A stretch of 64,000 nucleotides of DNA from Cyanophora paradoxa CCMP329 (GCA_004431415.1 QPMI01000434.1:342278-406277); one strand, 5' to 3'; positions 26,000 to 38,807 are shown, counted from the first letter of the stretch. The notes: generated by a model from the letters alone, not told the origin. Numbers and translations: made by a program.

Positions 26000-26095
26000 C
26001 GTAGCGGCTGGATGCAGCACCGCGTACCCCTCAAGGCTGCATCCGAGTGCATCGGCGGCATCGCTGCGGCATCAAAGCGCATCCCGGCGCGGGCG

Positions 26096-28257
26096 ATGTC
26101 GGCGAGTCGCGGAACGCCACAGTGGCCCTCATCTTTCGGGAGAGGCGCTTCTCTGCTAGGTCGCAGCGCGACCTCGAGGTCGCTGCTGCGCGACAGCGGT
26201 GTTCCTGCCGGGCACCGCTCGCAAGATGCGGTGGATAGGATAGAAGAAGGGCCCGTGCAGCCCTCGCGCACGTACGGCACCGCTGGCGACTTAGTGGGCA
26301 AGGTGTGTGCGGTGACCTTTGACGCGCCCTTTCGATCTAGCTACCGGCACGGGCGCGCGCGCTGCTATCGGCTAAAGGAGCGCTTATGAACGCTTATTCA
26401 TGCGTGCGCACTGCGCAGGTGCACGTTATCGGCGATGACGAAAGTCGGCCGCTTCTTGACGGAACGCTGGGAGACTTTGAGGGACACTCCACTTTCCTGC
26501 AGAGCTTCTTCAACTCCGTCAACATTCTCTGCGGAGTTGGCATCTTGGCTTTTCCTTTCGCACTCATGAAGAGCGGCTGGGTGGGCTTGCTGTTTATGGC
26601 ATTCCTAGCTATCGTCACAAACTACACCGGCAAAGTGAGTGGCTTGAACAGTGAATGGAAGGCCCAGCTCACCCATACGCAGTGCATTGCATACTGCATG
26701 CAAGCGCAACCGGGGATCCAGAGCTACCCCGAAATAGGGCAGGCGGCTTACGGGGACAAGGGTCGGCCAGGACCCCCAACTTGACGGCTTGCTTTGCCGA
26801 TTTCGTTCCGTGCACAGGCCGGCTTCTGATCTCGGCGATATTATACACCGAGCTTTTCTGCACGTTGTCTCTCTTTTTCATTCTGGAGGGAGACAACCTC
26901 ACTCAGGTTTGCACATGCAGCAGTCTCCTAAACTGCCTACATGCCCTTTACGCCCTTTCGAACAGCTCATCTATCCTCGGATTGGTATCGAGCATCGAGC
27001 AGCGACAAGAAATATGTTCATGGCGTTGACCGCCATTGTCGTCCTGCCAACTTCCTGGTTAAGAGATCTGTCATACCTGTCATACGTTTCTGTTCTTGGC
27101 ATGATCTCGGCTTTCTTCCTTCTGGGAGTTGTTGTGCGTCGCTTTGCTTCGGAGTTTCGGCGCTGAAGACGATGCATCCAATTAGCATTACAGGTCAACG
27201 ATGGCATCACAGGAGGAATGCTCGAGGGGCTGGACCTGTCCGACACAAAGACGTTCCGGTATTTTGTATTTGTTGATTTCAGTAAACTGCACATGCCATG
27301 GGTGTGAACCTTGCCAGAATAATTAATGTGGACAATCTTCCGCTGATGTTCGGATTGGTGTCGTTCGGCTTCGCGGGTCATGCAGTGGTTGGTAGTCACT
27401 CTTATGCTTCTTCTTGCTGCTTACCATCAATTTGAGCAGTTTCCAAACATATACACGTCCATGAAGGACAAGCGCCAGTACAAACGGATGCTCGACTTTT
27501 CATATGTTGTTGTGATGATTGCATACAGCGCAATGGCAGTTTTCGGATGGTTGCAGTATAGGGACGACACAGATCAACAAGTCACCTTGAATCTCCCAGA
27601 AGGGCTTGTTTCCCAGATTGCGACAGCCCTCATCTGCGTAAATCGTGAGCATACGTTGAATTTCCCATGCTTGGTCACGTTGTTAATGGCATACTCCAGC
27701 TATAACCAAGTTCTCCCTCACGCTCAATCCCATCGGCCTTGGGGTGATTATGTGCAGCATGTGGGCTTGCCTTCTGCAGCTGACAGCCGATCAGATTGAA
27801 GAGCTGTTCACTTTCAAATCACCTTTCGGCAATCGGGCTTTCAGCATATGTATCCGGTCTCTCCTCGTATTTTCTTCCCTCATTGTAGCAATGGTTATTC
27901 CATTCTTCGCCTATGTTCTTTCTTTTATTGGAGCATTCATGACGGTGAGTTGACTCCACACAACCCTATCCTGTTCTATTTCCCTGCCTGCATCGACACC
28001 CCATATTTCAGATGGCAGTGTCTGCTGTCTTCCCCGCTCTCTGCTACATGAGGTTATACAAGGGGAAGCTAGGCTGGCACATCTTGCTGTGGAACTGGCT
28101 CGTTGTGATTATTGGTACGATTTGTGCCATTTCTGGGTCCTGGATCGCGGCCGTCCAGATGTGCGTACCTGCACCTTGCCTGAAATTCCAGCGCTTATTC
28201 TTTCGCAGCATGCACGAGTGGCAAAAGAAATCTTCGTGGCAGATTCGACCCTCCTAA
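26096..28257 (+). CDS. AAAP-family amino acid transporter (AVT1-like), multi-exon
   Basis: STFLQSFFNSVNILCGVGILAFPFAL..SGW, SYPEIGQAAYG, LPTSWLRDLSYLSYVS, FPNIYTSMKD; multiple TM helices. Confidence 0.88.
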
Positions 28258-28495
28258 AAATGGGCGCGAGGAGGGCCGCTGAGGCTTCGCCCGACCTTTG
28301 GGACCCGCAGGGGCCCAGGGCTTGACTTAGTAATTTCAATTTTGATTTCAATTTTGATTTCGGAGCTCGAGTTCACGCGTACTACGGTACGTTAAATCGT
28401 GATCGCAACTGCAACAGGGCCCGCCGGGCGCCGGGCCGCCAGCGCCGGATCCGATAGCGCTAGCGAGCTCTATGTGACGATATTGATGAGATGGG

Positions 28496-28546
28496 GTACA
28501 TCGTATACAACCCGAATTCGTGCCCCCGGGCTTGTATACGATGTAC
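28496..28546. repeat. Perfect 15-bp inverted repeat hairpin
   Basis: GTACATCGTATACAA (28496-28510) / TTGTATACGATGTAC (28532-28546), extended by CCCG/CGGG. Confidence 0.85.
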
Positions 28547-28558
28547 TTGCAATTTCAG

Positions 28559-28869
28559 ACACGTGCGGCAAGATCAACTACGGGCTCGGCTCGAAGAGGG
28601 TCTTCGAGTGCCGCCCCGGGTGCGGCTTCCGGGCGGACCGCGACGGCGGCGCCGCGCGGTGCGTGTTGTGTCTATACACGCCTATACACAATCGCTGCTC
28701 CCCCCGCCTAGTCCCGACACGGCCTAGCCACGGCATAATTTTCCGTCTAGGCCTAGGGCCGGCTCGCCCTCCCAGCGCCGCCCGATCGCAATCGTAATCG
28801 TACTCTTGCAGGAGCATCTTCATCCGCTACGGCACCGGCGTGGACGCGAAGCGCCTGCTCGGTTCGTAG
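28559..28869 (+). pseudogene. Second Fanzor/TnpB 3' fragment with one intron
   Basis: Removing GT-AG intron 28659-28811 gives (D)TCGKINYGLGSKRVFECRPGCGFRADRDGGAARSIFIRYGTGVDAKRLLGS*. Confidence 0.75.
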
Positions 28870-29040
28870 CCAGCTAGCGCTAGGCTCCGATCCCCTTTTC
28901 TCCATCAGGGCACCAGTCCCTGCGGGTTACGCTCTCACCCAAACAGCACGGGTACAGTTAAAGCGCTGTAGGTAGGAGGTCCGGCGCGCCCGTAGCGTAG
29001 AAAGAGCTCAAGAACTCAGCCCACGGCAGCGCTAGCTATT
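28870..29040 (+). ncRNA. Candidate omega-RNA-like structured region
   Basis: Nested stems TACGCT(28928)/AGCGTA(28994), ACGGG(28948)/CCCGT(28989), TACAG(28953)/CTGTA(28966); hairpin CAGGG/CCCTG at 28906-28922; directly after the Fanzor stop. Confidence 0.33.
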
Positions 29041-29344
29041 GTTTCTCGTGCTGCTAATCGTATTTTTGTTGGTGGTTCTCCTATTAGTTATTTAGAACGT
29101 CCACAATCAGGAATTGACGCAAAAGCTAGCTAGATCGAGGTGCTCGATCGGTACCGCGTTCATCCAGTGCGCCCAGTTTCACGGATAAGCTGTTCAGCCC
29201 AGCGCAACCAGCGCCCCTGCCGGAGAGACCGCCGGCCTGTTGAACAACAGAATCATCGAGGCGCTCAGCTGCACTTCTGAGTGAACCGCGGTTGCGCTGT
29301 AGCAGCGGGCGGCCGCTGGGCGCTGCGGCAGCGAGCACGCGATC

Positions 29345-32300
29345 ATGGGCCCTGAGGACATGAGCGCGGATGATCTGGCAGCGCCGATCAAGGATACGGC
29401 AGTGCGCATTCGTCAGACCGCATGAACTGCACGTACGGGCAAGAGCGCCGCTCACGCTTCGCGCAGGAGAAGTGGCGGCTGCTCCCTTCGTTCCTGCGCG
29501 TGCGAGGCCTCGTGAAGCAGCACATCGATTCTTTCAACTATTTCACGAGCGTCGAAATAAAGAAGATCGTGCAGGCGAACCAGCGCGTCACATCGGATGC
29601 GGACCCTACCTTTTTCCTCGAGTGCGCCCACCACAGTTGACGCGCTCAATGCACAAAGCCCTTTTGACGCTTGTTCAGGTACACAAATATCAGCATCGGC
29701 AAGCCTAGTGTCGAGGAGGACCTGATCGTCACAGCTATCGCGCCACACGAATGCAGACTGCGGGTGCGGGGATAATTGCGCGCCATCGCAATGCGTGCGC
29801 TGTTTTGACCGTTATTACCTCAGGATATGACGTATGCAGCACCCATAACAGTAGATGTCCGCTACACCCGCGGTAAGGAGATCGTCGTCAGGAAGGGTGT
29901 CGTTGTTGGACGCATGCCCATCATGTTACGGTCCTGCAACTGCGTTCTTACAGGCAAGTCGGAGGCCGAGCTGGCAAAGCTCAAAGAATGCCCTCTCGAC
30001 CCAGGTGTGCATTATAAGTGCCTCTAGCTCGTCACAGTTGAATGCTGATTTTTTTCGCCCCGTTGACAGGCGGTTACTTTATTGTCAAGGGGACTGAACG
30101 TGTGATTCTCACCCAGGAGCAACTGTCGAAAAACAGAATCATCATAGAAGAGGACAGCAAAGGCAACATTCAGGCATCGGTGACAAGCTCGACCCATGAA
30201 CGGAAGAGCAGGAGCCAAATTTATTCAAAGCATGGAAGATGTACTTGAAGCACAACACGCTCACTGAAGACCTACCTGTAGTAATCGCAATGAAGGTATA
30301 GGACCTGTTTGTTGCTTGTCACATTGTTGGTAGGAACAGGCACTGATAGAACGTGTGGTCTGTCAGGCAATGGGAGTCGAGAGTGATCAGGAGATTGTCC
30401 AACTCGTCGGAAGTGAACCATTGTATGCAGACGCAATGTCTGCTTCGTTGGAGGACTGTTCATCCTCACGCATCTACACGAGAAATCAGGCACTCGATTA
30501 CATTGCATCCCGCATCAGAAGCTCTGGACCTCGGCGCTTCGGAGGACCTCGCCGCTCCAAAGTTGATGAAGCGCGCGAACTGCTTGCACAGGTCGTGCTA
30601 GCTCATGTCCCTGTCGAGAAGTTCAACTTCAGGCCGAAATGTATCTATGTCGCACTCATGCTCAGGCGTATCATCACCGCAATGAAGGACCCAACTGCCA
30701 TTGATGACAAGGATTACTACGGCAACAAGCGGCTTGAACTGTGCATCCTTATTTCTCTCGCCTGAACTTCCAGTAAATCTCATCCTTCCTCAGGTCTGGG
30801 CAGCTTATCGCACTCCTTTTTGAGGACTTGTTCAAGCGCTTCAACAGCGATTTGAAGCGGAATGCAGATCAGGTTCTCACGAAACAGAATCGTGCCCAGC
30901 AGTTCGACGTGGTGAAATGCATTCGCCCTGACACAATCACACATGGCTTGGAGCACGCCCTTTCAACTGGGAACTGGTCTGTTAAACGTTTTAAAATGGA
31001 GCGTTCGGGCGTGACCCAGGTAAATTCGTTTCTTGCTTGCTGTGGTGTGCCTCCAATTCATTGGACCTGTGCAGGTGTTGTCTCGGCTCTCCTACATTGC
31101 GTGCTTGGGCATGATGACGAGAATTACCAGCCAGTTTGAGAAGACAAGGAAGGTTGCTGGACCTCGCTCCCTGCAGGTACTTTCGAAACAACTTGTTTCT
31201 TAATAGCTTTGACTGTGTTGAGCAGGGTTCACACTGGGCATGGTCTGCCCATCGGACACACCTGAAGGAGAAGCCTGTGGCCTGGTGAAGAATCTCGCCC
31301 TTACCACACATGTAACAACGGATGATGAAGAAGGTCCAATCCTGCGCATGGCATTCAATCTTGGAACCGAGGGTGCTTTTCACCTGTGGGCTTTTCCTCG
31401 AGATTCGAGAGGCTCACCTGTTCTGGCAGATGTGAACACACTTTCTGGTGAGGAGCAGAACAGCCTATCATCCTACCTCGTCATTGTCAATGGTCTCGTG
31501 ATTGGAGTGCATAGGCGCCCTGCAAACCTTGTCAAGTCTCTTCGTGCCATGAGAAGAAAGGGCTTACTTGGGGAGTTCGTTTCCATTTTCCAGCACGATC
31601 GGCATAGAACAGTGTACATAGCCTCAGATGGGGGACGAGTGTGCAGGCCACTCATCATCGTGCGAAATGGGAAGTCCAGTGTGCTCCCTCGGCATATACA
31701 GGCAAGAAGCAATTGTCCATCAGCCCTTCGCAATCTTGCCTAACATCTGACTGTAAACGCAGGAAGCTGTTGATGGCTATCGCTCTATGCAAGACTTCTT
31801 GAAAGAGGGCCTCATCGAGTACCTGGATGTGAACGAGGAGAATAATGTGGAGATCGCGATGTATGAAAAAGATATTGTCCCAGCAACAACGCATCTGGAG
31901 ATCGAGCCTTTGACAATTCTGGGCGTTGTAGCTGGTCTTATCCCCTACCCCACCATAATCAGTCCCCTCGCAACACGTATGTAGCCAGCACTGCTTGAAC
32001 ACTCTGACTTGCTCACATTTTTCTTGCAGGTACCAGTGTGCGATGGGCAAGCAGGCTATCGGCACTATCGCCTACAACCAAATGAATCGTCTTGACACAT
32101 TGTTGTACCTGCTTGTCTACCCTCAGAAGCCCATGGTGAAGACAAGAACCATCGAGTTCATCAACTTCAACAAGGTGATAAGAAAAAATTCTAGCAATTT
32201 TCAGCAAGTTGACTTCCGTCTTGAACAGCTGGGTGCTGGTCAAAATGCCACGGTGTTCATCATGAGCTACTCCGGCTACGATATTGAGGATGCGACAATG

Positions 32301-33813
32301 ATGAACAAGGTATTTCCTTTCACAGCATCGTGCTTTTATGTTTCTTGTCAACACCCGTTGCAGGCATCGCTTGATCGTGGCTTTGGGCGATGCTTGGTTC
32401 TGAGGAAATACGCTGCATCTCTGAAGAAGTACGCAAATCAAACGTGCGCTGCTTGCTTCTTTCCACAGCGTGCTCCTCTGCCGCCTCATTCTATATGCAG
32501 TCTCGACCGTCTTGTTGGGCCTCCGGCTAATGATGATCCAAGGCCGATGAAAAAGATGCAGATCCTTGATGATGATGGCATATGTGCTCCGGGAGAGATT
32601 ATTCACCCAGGCGATGTCTACATCAACAAGCAAGTCCCTATGAACACATCAGACAACCTGGCGAATCCAGATGCACTCCCCGACTCGGGTTGCGATTTTT
32701 TTCCGTTTTCCTGCAGGCTGCGGCTCGTTCTGAAGGTTGCTTGGTTCTCCAGCCTACAAGCCACAGCAGATGACCTACAAGGGCAGTGTAGATGCCGTTG
32801 TTGACAAAGTGCTGGTTACCTCGAACGAAGAAGAACACGCACTCATCAAAGTGCTTGTCCGGAGCACCAGAAGACCTGAACTGGGCGACAAATTTTCCTC
32901 CAGGCATGGACAGAAAGGTTCGAGTTTTTCCCCCAGTGGCCCAGGACTCGAAGGGGATGTTCCAAGCTCACCCGTGCTCTTGTAGGAGTGGTTGGCTTGA
33001 TCGTAAATCAAGCAGATCTGCCTTTTTCGGAACAAGGCATATGCCCGGATCTTATCATGAACCCCACGGGTTCCCGTCTCGTATGACCGTTGGGAAAATG
33101 ATTGAGCTTCTTGGTGGCAAAGCTGGCGTGCTTCAAGGGATGCAACGAGATGGCACTGTGCGCTGAATTATTTTCGATTGGTGTCTACTGACATGTATAA
33201 CAGGCTTTTGCCGGTGACTCGGTGGAGGAGCTAAGTCGGGTGCTTGTATCCCATGGATTTAATTACTCTGGCAAGGACCTTGTTACATCGGGCATCACTG
33301 GAGAGCCTGTGTCTGCGTACATATTCAACGGCCCCATCTACTACCAGCGATTGAAGCACATGGTGCTCGACAAGATGCATGCAAGAGCAAGGTGTGCTTC
33401 TCTCCTACGCCTGATTGCTGCATCTCTGATTCAACAATGCAGGGGTCCTCGCGCTGTCTTGACACGCCAGCCAACAGAGGGGCGCTCACGTGATGGTGGT
33501 TTGCGTCTTGGTGAAATGGAACGCGACTGCCTGATTGGCTATGGCGCATCGGCGCTTCTGTTGGAGCGCCTGATGATTTCGTCTGATGCGTTTGCCGTCA
33601 CTGTCTGCCAGGTTTGCGCATTGTGGTCGAGCTTGCATGCCCTACCCTAATCCTGCGCAGGCTTGTGGACTGCTGGGGTACAATGGCTACTGCCAATACT
33701 GCCGCTCGGGGGAGAAGTGCTCCACTCTTAAGATCCCCTATGCGTGCAAGCTCCTCTTCCAGGAGCTTGGCTCTATGAACATAAACGTGAAGGTCACCCT
33801 TGCTGAGTTCTAG
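29345..33813 (+). CDS. RPC2: RNA polymerase III second-largest subunit, multi-exon
   Basis: [101 protein letters not shown]. Confidence 0.96.
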
Positions 33814-34267
33814 AGTAGTTTCAACAGCATTTGAACACGAACGAAATAAAATGCAACGAACGTATATCTTGGTACATGTACAACAGGTGCCTGTGCCCGC
33901 GCATTGCGATTGAAATTGTCTTCGAATTGCCAAGTTGGCCTCATGGCCGATCGACAGGGCATGCATTAATAAACTTGAAAGATTGCTCTTTCTACGCTAC
34001 GGGCGCGGCCGGACCTCCCGTTTCAAACTGAACGGAGTTTGCGTCACGCCCCGCCCATTGTTAACTTCTTCCGCCAATGAAATTAGCCCAGCGCAAACTT
34101 GAGCTCGAACTTGGCCTCGTACACAGTGGCGTACACACGCGGCCACAACGGTCACAGTAACGGTCAGCAGGCCGGCTTGCTAGTCAGCTTCCCTCGGCTA
34201 GGCCGGACTAGCTAGCTTCCCGCCATCGCGCACGCCCGAGCGCGAGCATTCCTGCACGCCGCCGTGC

Positions 34268-36267
34268 ATGAAGCAGTCAAAGCGAAAGGAACCCAGCCTC
34301 TGGGATGACGGCTTCGACGAGGCCCGACGTCGGCACCGCTGGCACGGCAAGCGACCCGACAGCAGCAGCTCGTGGGCCGGCAAGGGCAACATGAAGCGTG
34401 TCAACAAGATCACTCAGCAGGCGCGCAAGGCGAAGGAGCCCAAGCTCCCTGACCTCGACATCCTCAAGGGCGAGCACCCCGCGGCAACGGTCCGCTGCCT
34501 GGACACCAGCGGCCGCGCCTACCACGTTCGCCTTGGCGACTTCGTCATCTGTTCAGTTAGCTCAGACACCCAGCTGTGTCCAGAACTCAGCGTCGTTCGC
34601 CCGAAGCCCTTCCATTTCCCGCGCCCAGGTGAAACGATTTTGGCGCGAGTCGAGGGCGAGTTCCCAACACAGACGAAGGCGAAGCGCGGCGACTTCAACT
34701 ACTCCGTCAACGGCGTCATCCTTCGGCGCTTCGTGCGCCCGGAGGACTCCGATGTGAAGGACTGCGGGCTCGGCAGCGTGATCATCAAGGCAGACGGGGA
34801 GCAGGCAGCCGTGGCCATCGCAAACCACCTCATCTACTACTCGAACGTGACGGTCCGCCCGCCGCGCCCGCGCCCCGTTCCAGCGTCCGATGCCCGTGCG
34901 CGCAGGTTCACGCACCCGCGAAGGTGGTGGCCGCGGACGAGTACAAAGCCCTCAACCACGCCGATCCCCACATCTACGTCTGTAAGCAAATCATGACGTT
35001 CCCGGGCGACGGCTCCTTCCAGTTCGACGTCGCCCTCGCCTTCAACGCGAGGCTCAAGCGAGTGGCGAAGAAGAAGATGGCGTGCTTCCTCCGGCCGCTG
35101 TCGAGGCCGGAGGAGCGCGTGGAGGCGATTGGCTACCTTCAGGACGCCGCCGCGAACGCCCTCAAGCGCCGGAAGACCGGGACGCAGCTTGTCAACGTCA
35201 AGATCCCGGTGGCCGGGCCGGCAATGTTGGTCTGCGGCTCTTATGACTCGTTCGAAGTTCTTTTTCCTATCCTCTAACGGTGCGCATCGCAGGAGAACAT
35301 CGTGGCGCAGGTCGCGCACGTCGCCACGCCCATCGACCCGAAGACGGGCCAGCCGATCCCGGTTGACAAGCTGCCGGCGGCGAATCGCTTCGTTATCGAG
35401 CTTCCGGACCGCGAGACCGCTGCTGGTGGAAGCCGCTTCCTTTTTCCCGCTCGCTGTTCTTTTTCCGACCTCTTTGCAGCTGTTCTCGGTCCCTCCGGCG
35501 TGGCGCAAGCGTCCAAGCGCGTCTGCAAGCGGGACGCGGACGGGAAGGCGATCCGGAAGCACAGCGAGATGCAGACCGTCACCGTCGAGAAGGCGTACGG
35601 CGGCTTAATCGTGCCGCGCCACACGGGCTCCCATGACGTCGTCCAGTTCGACGAGCGTGCGCCCGGCCCGCCCTCGCCGCGCCGCTCGCTTACGAAGCTC
35701 TGCTCCTTGGGCGCGGCAGGTCCCGGTCGGATCGTGGCCACGAAGCGCTCGGGCAGGAAAGGTGGGCACGTCACGCTCGAGCTTCCGAGCTACGAGTACG
35801 GCCCCGACGGCGAGCGCATCGCCAGCCTCGCGGGGCCCCTCGCGGCTGTCCCCGTGAAGCGCCCGCGCCGGTGCCGCGCCGGCGCCAACACCGTCGCCAA
35901 GGCGCCGCCTGTCCCGAAGCAGCCCCTTCAGAACCTGCCGCCGCCGCCCTGCCGGCCCCGCCGCCGCCGCCCTGCCGGCCCCCGCCGTCGCCGCCCCGCC
36001 GGCCCCCGCCGCCGCCGCCCTGCCGGCCGCCGCCGCCGCCGCCCCGCCCGCCCCCGCCCCGCCGGTCGCCGCCCTGTCGGCCCCTGCTGCTGCTGCCCCA
36101 CCGGCCGCTGCCGCCCTACCTGCCCCCGCCGCATCCGCCTCGGTCCCCAAGTGCGCCCCTCCCCCTCGCCCCCGCTCGGCTACTTGCTCGCCTAATCCTG
36201 CAGCAGGAAGGATCGCGCGGCACAGCTCGCGGCCGCGGTGGCGGCGCGCAAGAGGGCAAAGTCGTGA
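34268..36267 (+). CDS. Putative BAH-domain protein with Ala/Pro-rich tail and C-terminal NLS-like KRAKS, multi-exon
   Basis: YHVRLGDFV...ILARVE...RRFVRPED...YYSN...HIYVCKQ resembles a BAH domain; could be host or TE-borne. Confidence 0.45.
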
Positions 36268-36308
36268 AGCTGCTACTGAGAATCGCACTATCTAGGTTAC
36301 AAGGTGCG

Positions 36309-36611
36309 CTATGTCTGGTCCAAATCCATTTCGTCTATTTCCCCCTCCGCTAGATCGTCTGCTAGAACCTCTGCTAGGGCCCTATCATCGAAATCGAGCA
36401 TGTTGGCGCCCTCATCCTCCGCCTCCATCTCCTCCTCCGCCTCCTCCTCTGCCTCGGCGTCGTACTCGGCGGTCTCCTCCTCCTCCTCCTCCTCGTCCCC
36501 GCTCTCCTCGGGCACCTCGTCCTCCGGCACCGGATCCCCCTCCTGCAGCTCAATATCCTCGTCGATCTCCTCCTCGTCCGCAGGCAGGGGCACCGCTGCC
36601 CCGCTGGTCAT
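36309..36611 (-). pseudogene. 3' fragment of a GC-rich gene with acidic C-terminus, truncated at the virus junction
   Basis: EEEIDEDIELQEGDPVPEDEVPEESGDEEEE...; GC-rich sequence ends abruptly at about 36610. Confidence 0.4.
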
Positions 36612-37954
36612 AACTGGGAATATCAAGGGAACCGATGGCGCCCCTAAATATACTGCCACTGATATTCTGGCGCTCTACAAAGCGAAGCTGCCGCTGATTT
36701 TCGCGAATCCACGAGTGCTTACATCGATTGTACAGCGCCCAAAGTACGAAGCAACTAACTTAGAAGCTGTGGCTCTGGAACTCTGCGGCTCAGCGACCAT
36801 GGCGGATCTCTACAAACCCACCATAGTAACTGCGTTCGACACGGTTCAAATGTCCCCCGTTTTTATTTCAAGCAACGATGAAGATATTAATGGGATGCTT
36901 GTGCGCGATGCTGCAAGGGCTACCTCGGCTGCGCCCACCTATTTCGAGCCGAAACAAGTCACAGTCGCCGGGAGAACATATTGTTTAATCGATGGTTGCA
37001 TGAGCGGAAATAATTCGCCCGGGTTTGTGGTTACACATTCGCCCGCACTTTATTCGGAAACTCTTGCGAGGAGGAGCTTATCGTGGTCTCGATTACGGCG
37101 GGTCACGTCCAAGACTCTGATAAGGCGACATCTGGATATTCGTACGACACTATGAAAAATTGGGGATCGTGCAATGGATGCTAAGCGCCACAGGATCGCC
37201 AATTCTCAGCATGTTCTTAGAGTCGAGTGATCTAAACGCCCACGTAAAGCTACTGGAACTTTTACCCAGAAACGATGATCAGAATTACGATCGCTACTAT
37301 AAGCTGAGCGTTCCTTTACCGAAAGATAAAATGACCCTCGATACTATCACAACGACGCACTTGCAATATTTAGAAACGGAAGCGCTCGCGTTTGTTTCCG
37401 CACAGCAAACGTATTTTAATGCGATGTATTCAGTGCTGACGATGAATATATCAGAGGGAGACGTTCCCATTATTAATCTGTCCGGGTGCACAGATGTAAG
37501 TGTACCCCCGGAGTCTAACTGGGTGCCGCTCGATAATAGCGCCTTTATTGCGGAATTTGGCACAGCTTCTGATGCCCGCTGGTCAAATGCTACGGGGTGG
37601 GTGGGATTTACCAACCCGCCGCAAGGTAGTAGGTCGGGAGGCAATTATTTACGCATTGATTTTCCGCGTCTGTTTATGCTTTCCTCTATAAAAATGAAGC
37701 CGGCTGCGAATGGAAACTACATTAAAACGTTTGAGATCGATTACCAATTAACTCCGGGAGTTTCTGCGCTTGTCACATACACAGAAGCCGGCGCGACGAG
37801 AGTGTTTACCAATGCAAATCAAATAGCCGGAAGTGTAGAGCCCGACGAACATTTCTTAGCGAACCCGAGATCTGTGAGAACCCTCGTAATCTGGGTGCTC
37901 ACGACGAACGTAGCTTCGGCATGCCGAATTGATTTCGAGGGCTACTACGTGTGA
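36610..37954 (+). CDS. Patatin-like phospholipase fused to a C-terminal discoidin (F5/8C) domain; 5' truncated, frameshifted
   Basis: PKYTATDILALY, PKYEA, DAARATSAAPTYFEP, LIDG; C-terminal YLRIDF..YIKTFEIDY..CRIDFEG. The GGGxRG and GxSxG motifs are missing. Confidence 0.75.
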
Positions 37955-37961
37955 ACAGCGC

Positions 37962-38807
37962 TTAATCCGTGATCACTTCCAGCTGAAACGAGTATGAGAG
38001 ACCGTTTATATCTGCAACAGATCCCCGCCATTTTCGAAGCGAAATTGTGAGACGATCTAAATCGAGTTGCGATGTGACATTTACGAAAGGGATGCTTGCG
38101 CTCGGTTCGTGGTAAAAGGAATATCTACCAAAGTCCGAGTTCATCTGAATTCGCAATAGATAGGAGTCGTCGAAATTGTTCTGTCTCCCAGTAACCGCTG
38201 CGAATTTGGTAAACGGGCGGAGCTCTTCGATATCAAGGTAAATATATGGAATTGCATTAAAGTCGACCATTTTCGGGCATATAATCGCGTAGCGACTGGG
38301 GTAATCTCTGAGTGGAACCGGCACTGGTTCTGGTGTGCTGGCGTAAACCACTCCGGGTTCTATGCCGAGACAGTCACAGAACTCCTGGTCTGAGGACTCT
38401 AATGTAAAAGGGCTATTCGGAGATGAGAACACGAAGCGGTTCGTAGAGAGAGCGAGAGAATAGGAGACCGGGAAGAGACCGAGTGGATTAAAAGAACCGC
38501 CCGCAAATCCGAGTAAAGCATCACTGTTTAGAGCTCTCTCTTTCGGATATCGTTCGTTATCAGCATCGACGTAATAATAATCGTTTACGCTGGGAATCGG
38601 TGCTATCATTTTGGATGCGGGGATTACTGTGGGCTCTTCGTTCAAAAACGTTATAGTTATTGTCTGATCGGGCGGAACAACATAAGAGCTATTGGGAATC
38701 TCAGCGGATAGCACACGAAATCGTCGTACATTATTAAGGCGCGTTTTCAAGTGCAGCACGCCGTTTTCAAGGTCTCTACTGTCGCAATTTATTGTTATTC
38801 TTTTCAT
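37962..38807 (-). CDS. Minor capsid (penton) protein 1
   Basis: ITINCDSRD, NVRRFRVLSAEIPNS, YIYLDIEEL, LDRLTISLR...DINGLSYSFQLEV: single-jelly-roll penton pattern. Confidence 0.75.
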   Translation of the reverse strand: MKRITINCDSRDLENGVLHLKTRLNNVRRFRVLSAEIPNSSYVVPPDQTITITFLNEEPTVIPASKMIAPIPSVNDYYYVDADNERYPKERALNSDALLGFAGGSFNPLGLFPVSYSLALSTNRFVFSSPNSPFTLESSDQEFCDCLGIEPGVVYASTPEPVPVPLRDYPSRYAIICPKMVDFNAIPYIYLDIEELRPFTKFAAVTGRQNNFDDSYLLRIQMNSDFGRYSFYHEPSASIPFVNVTSQLDLDRLTISLRKWRGSVADINGLSYSFQLEVITD

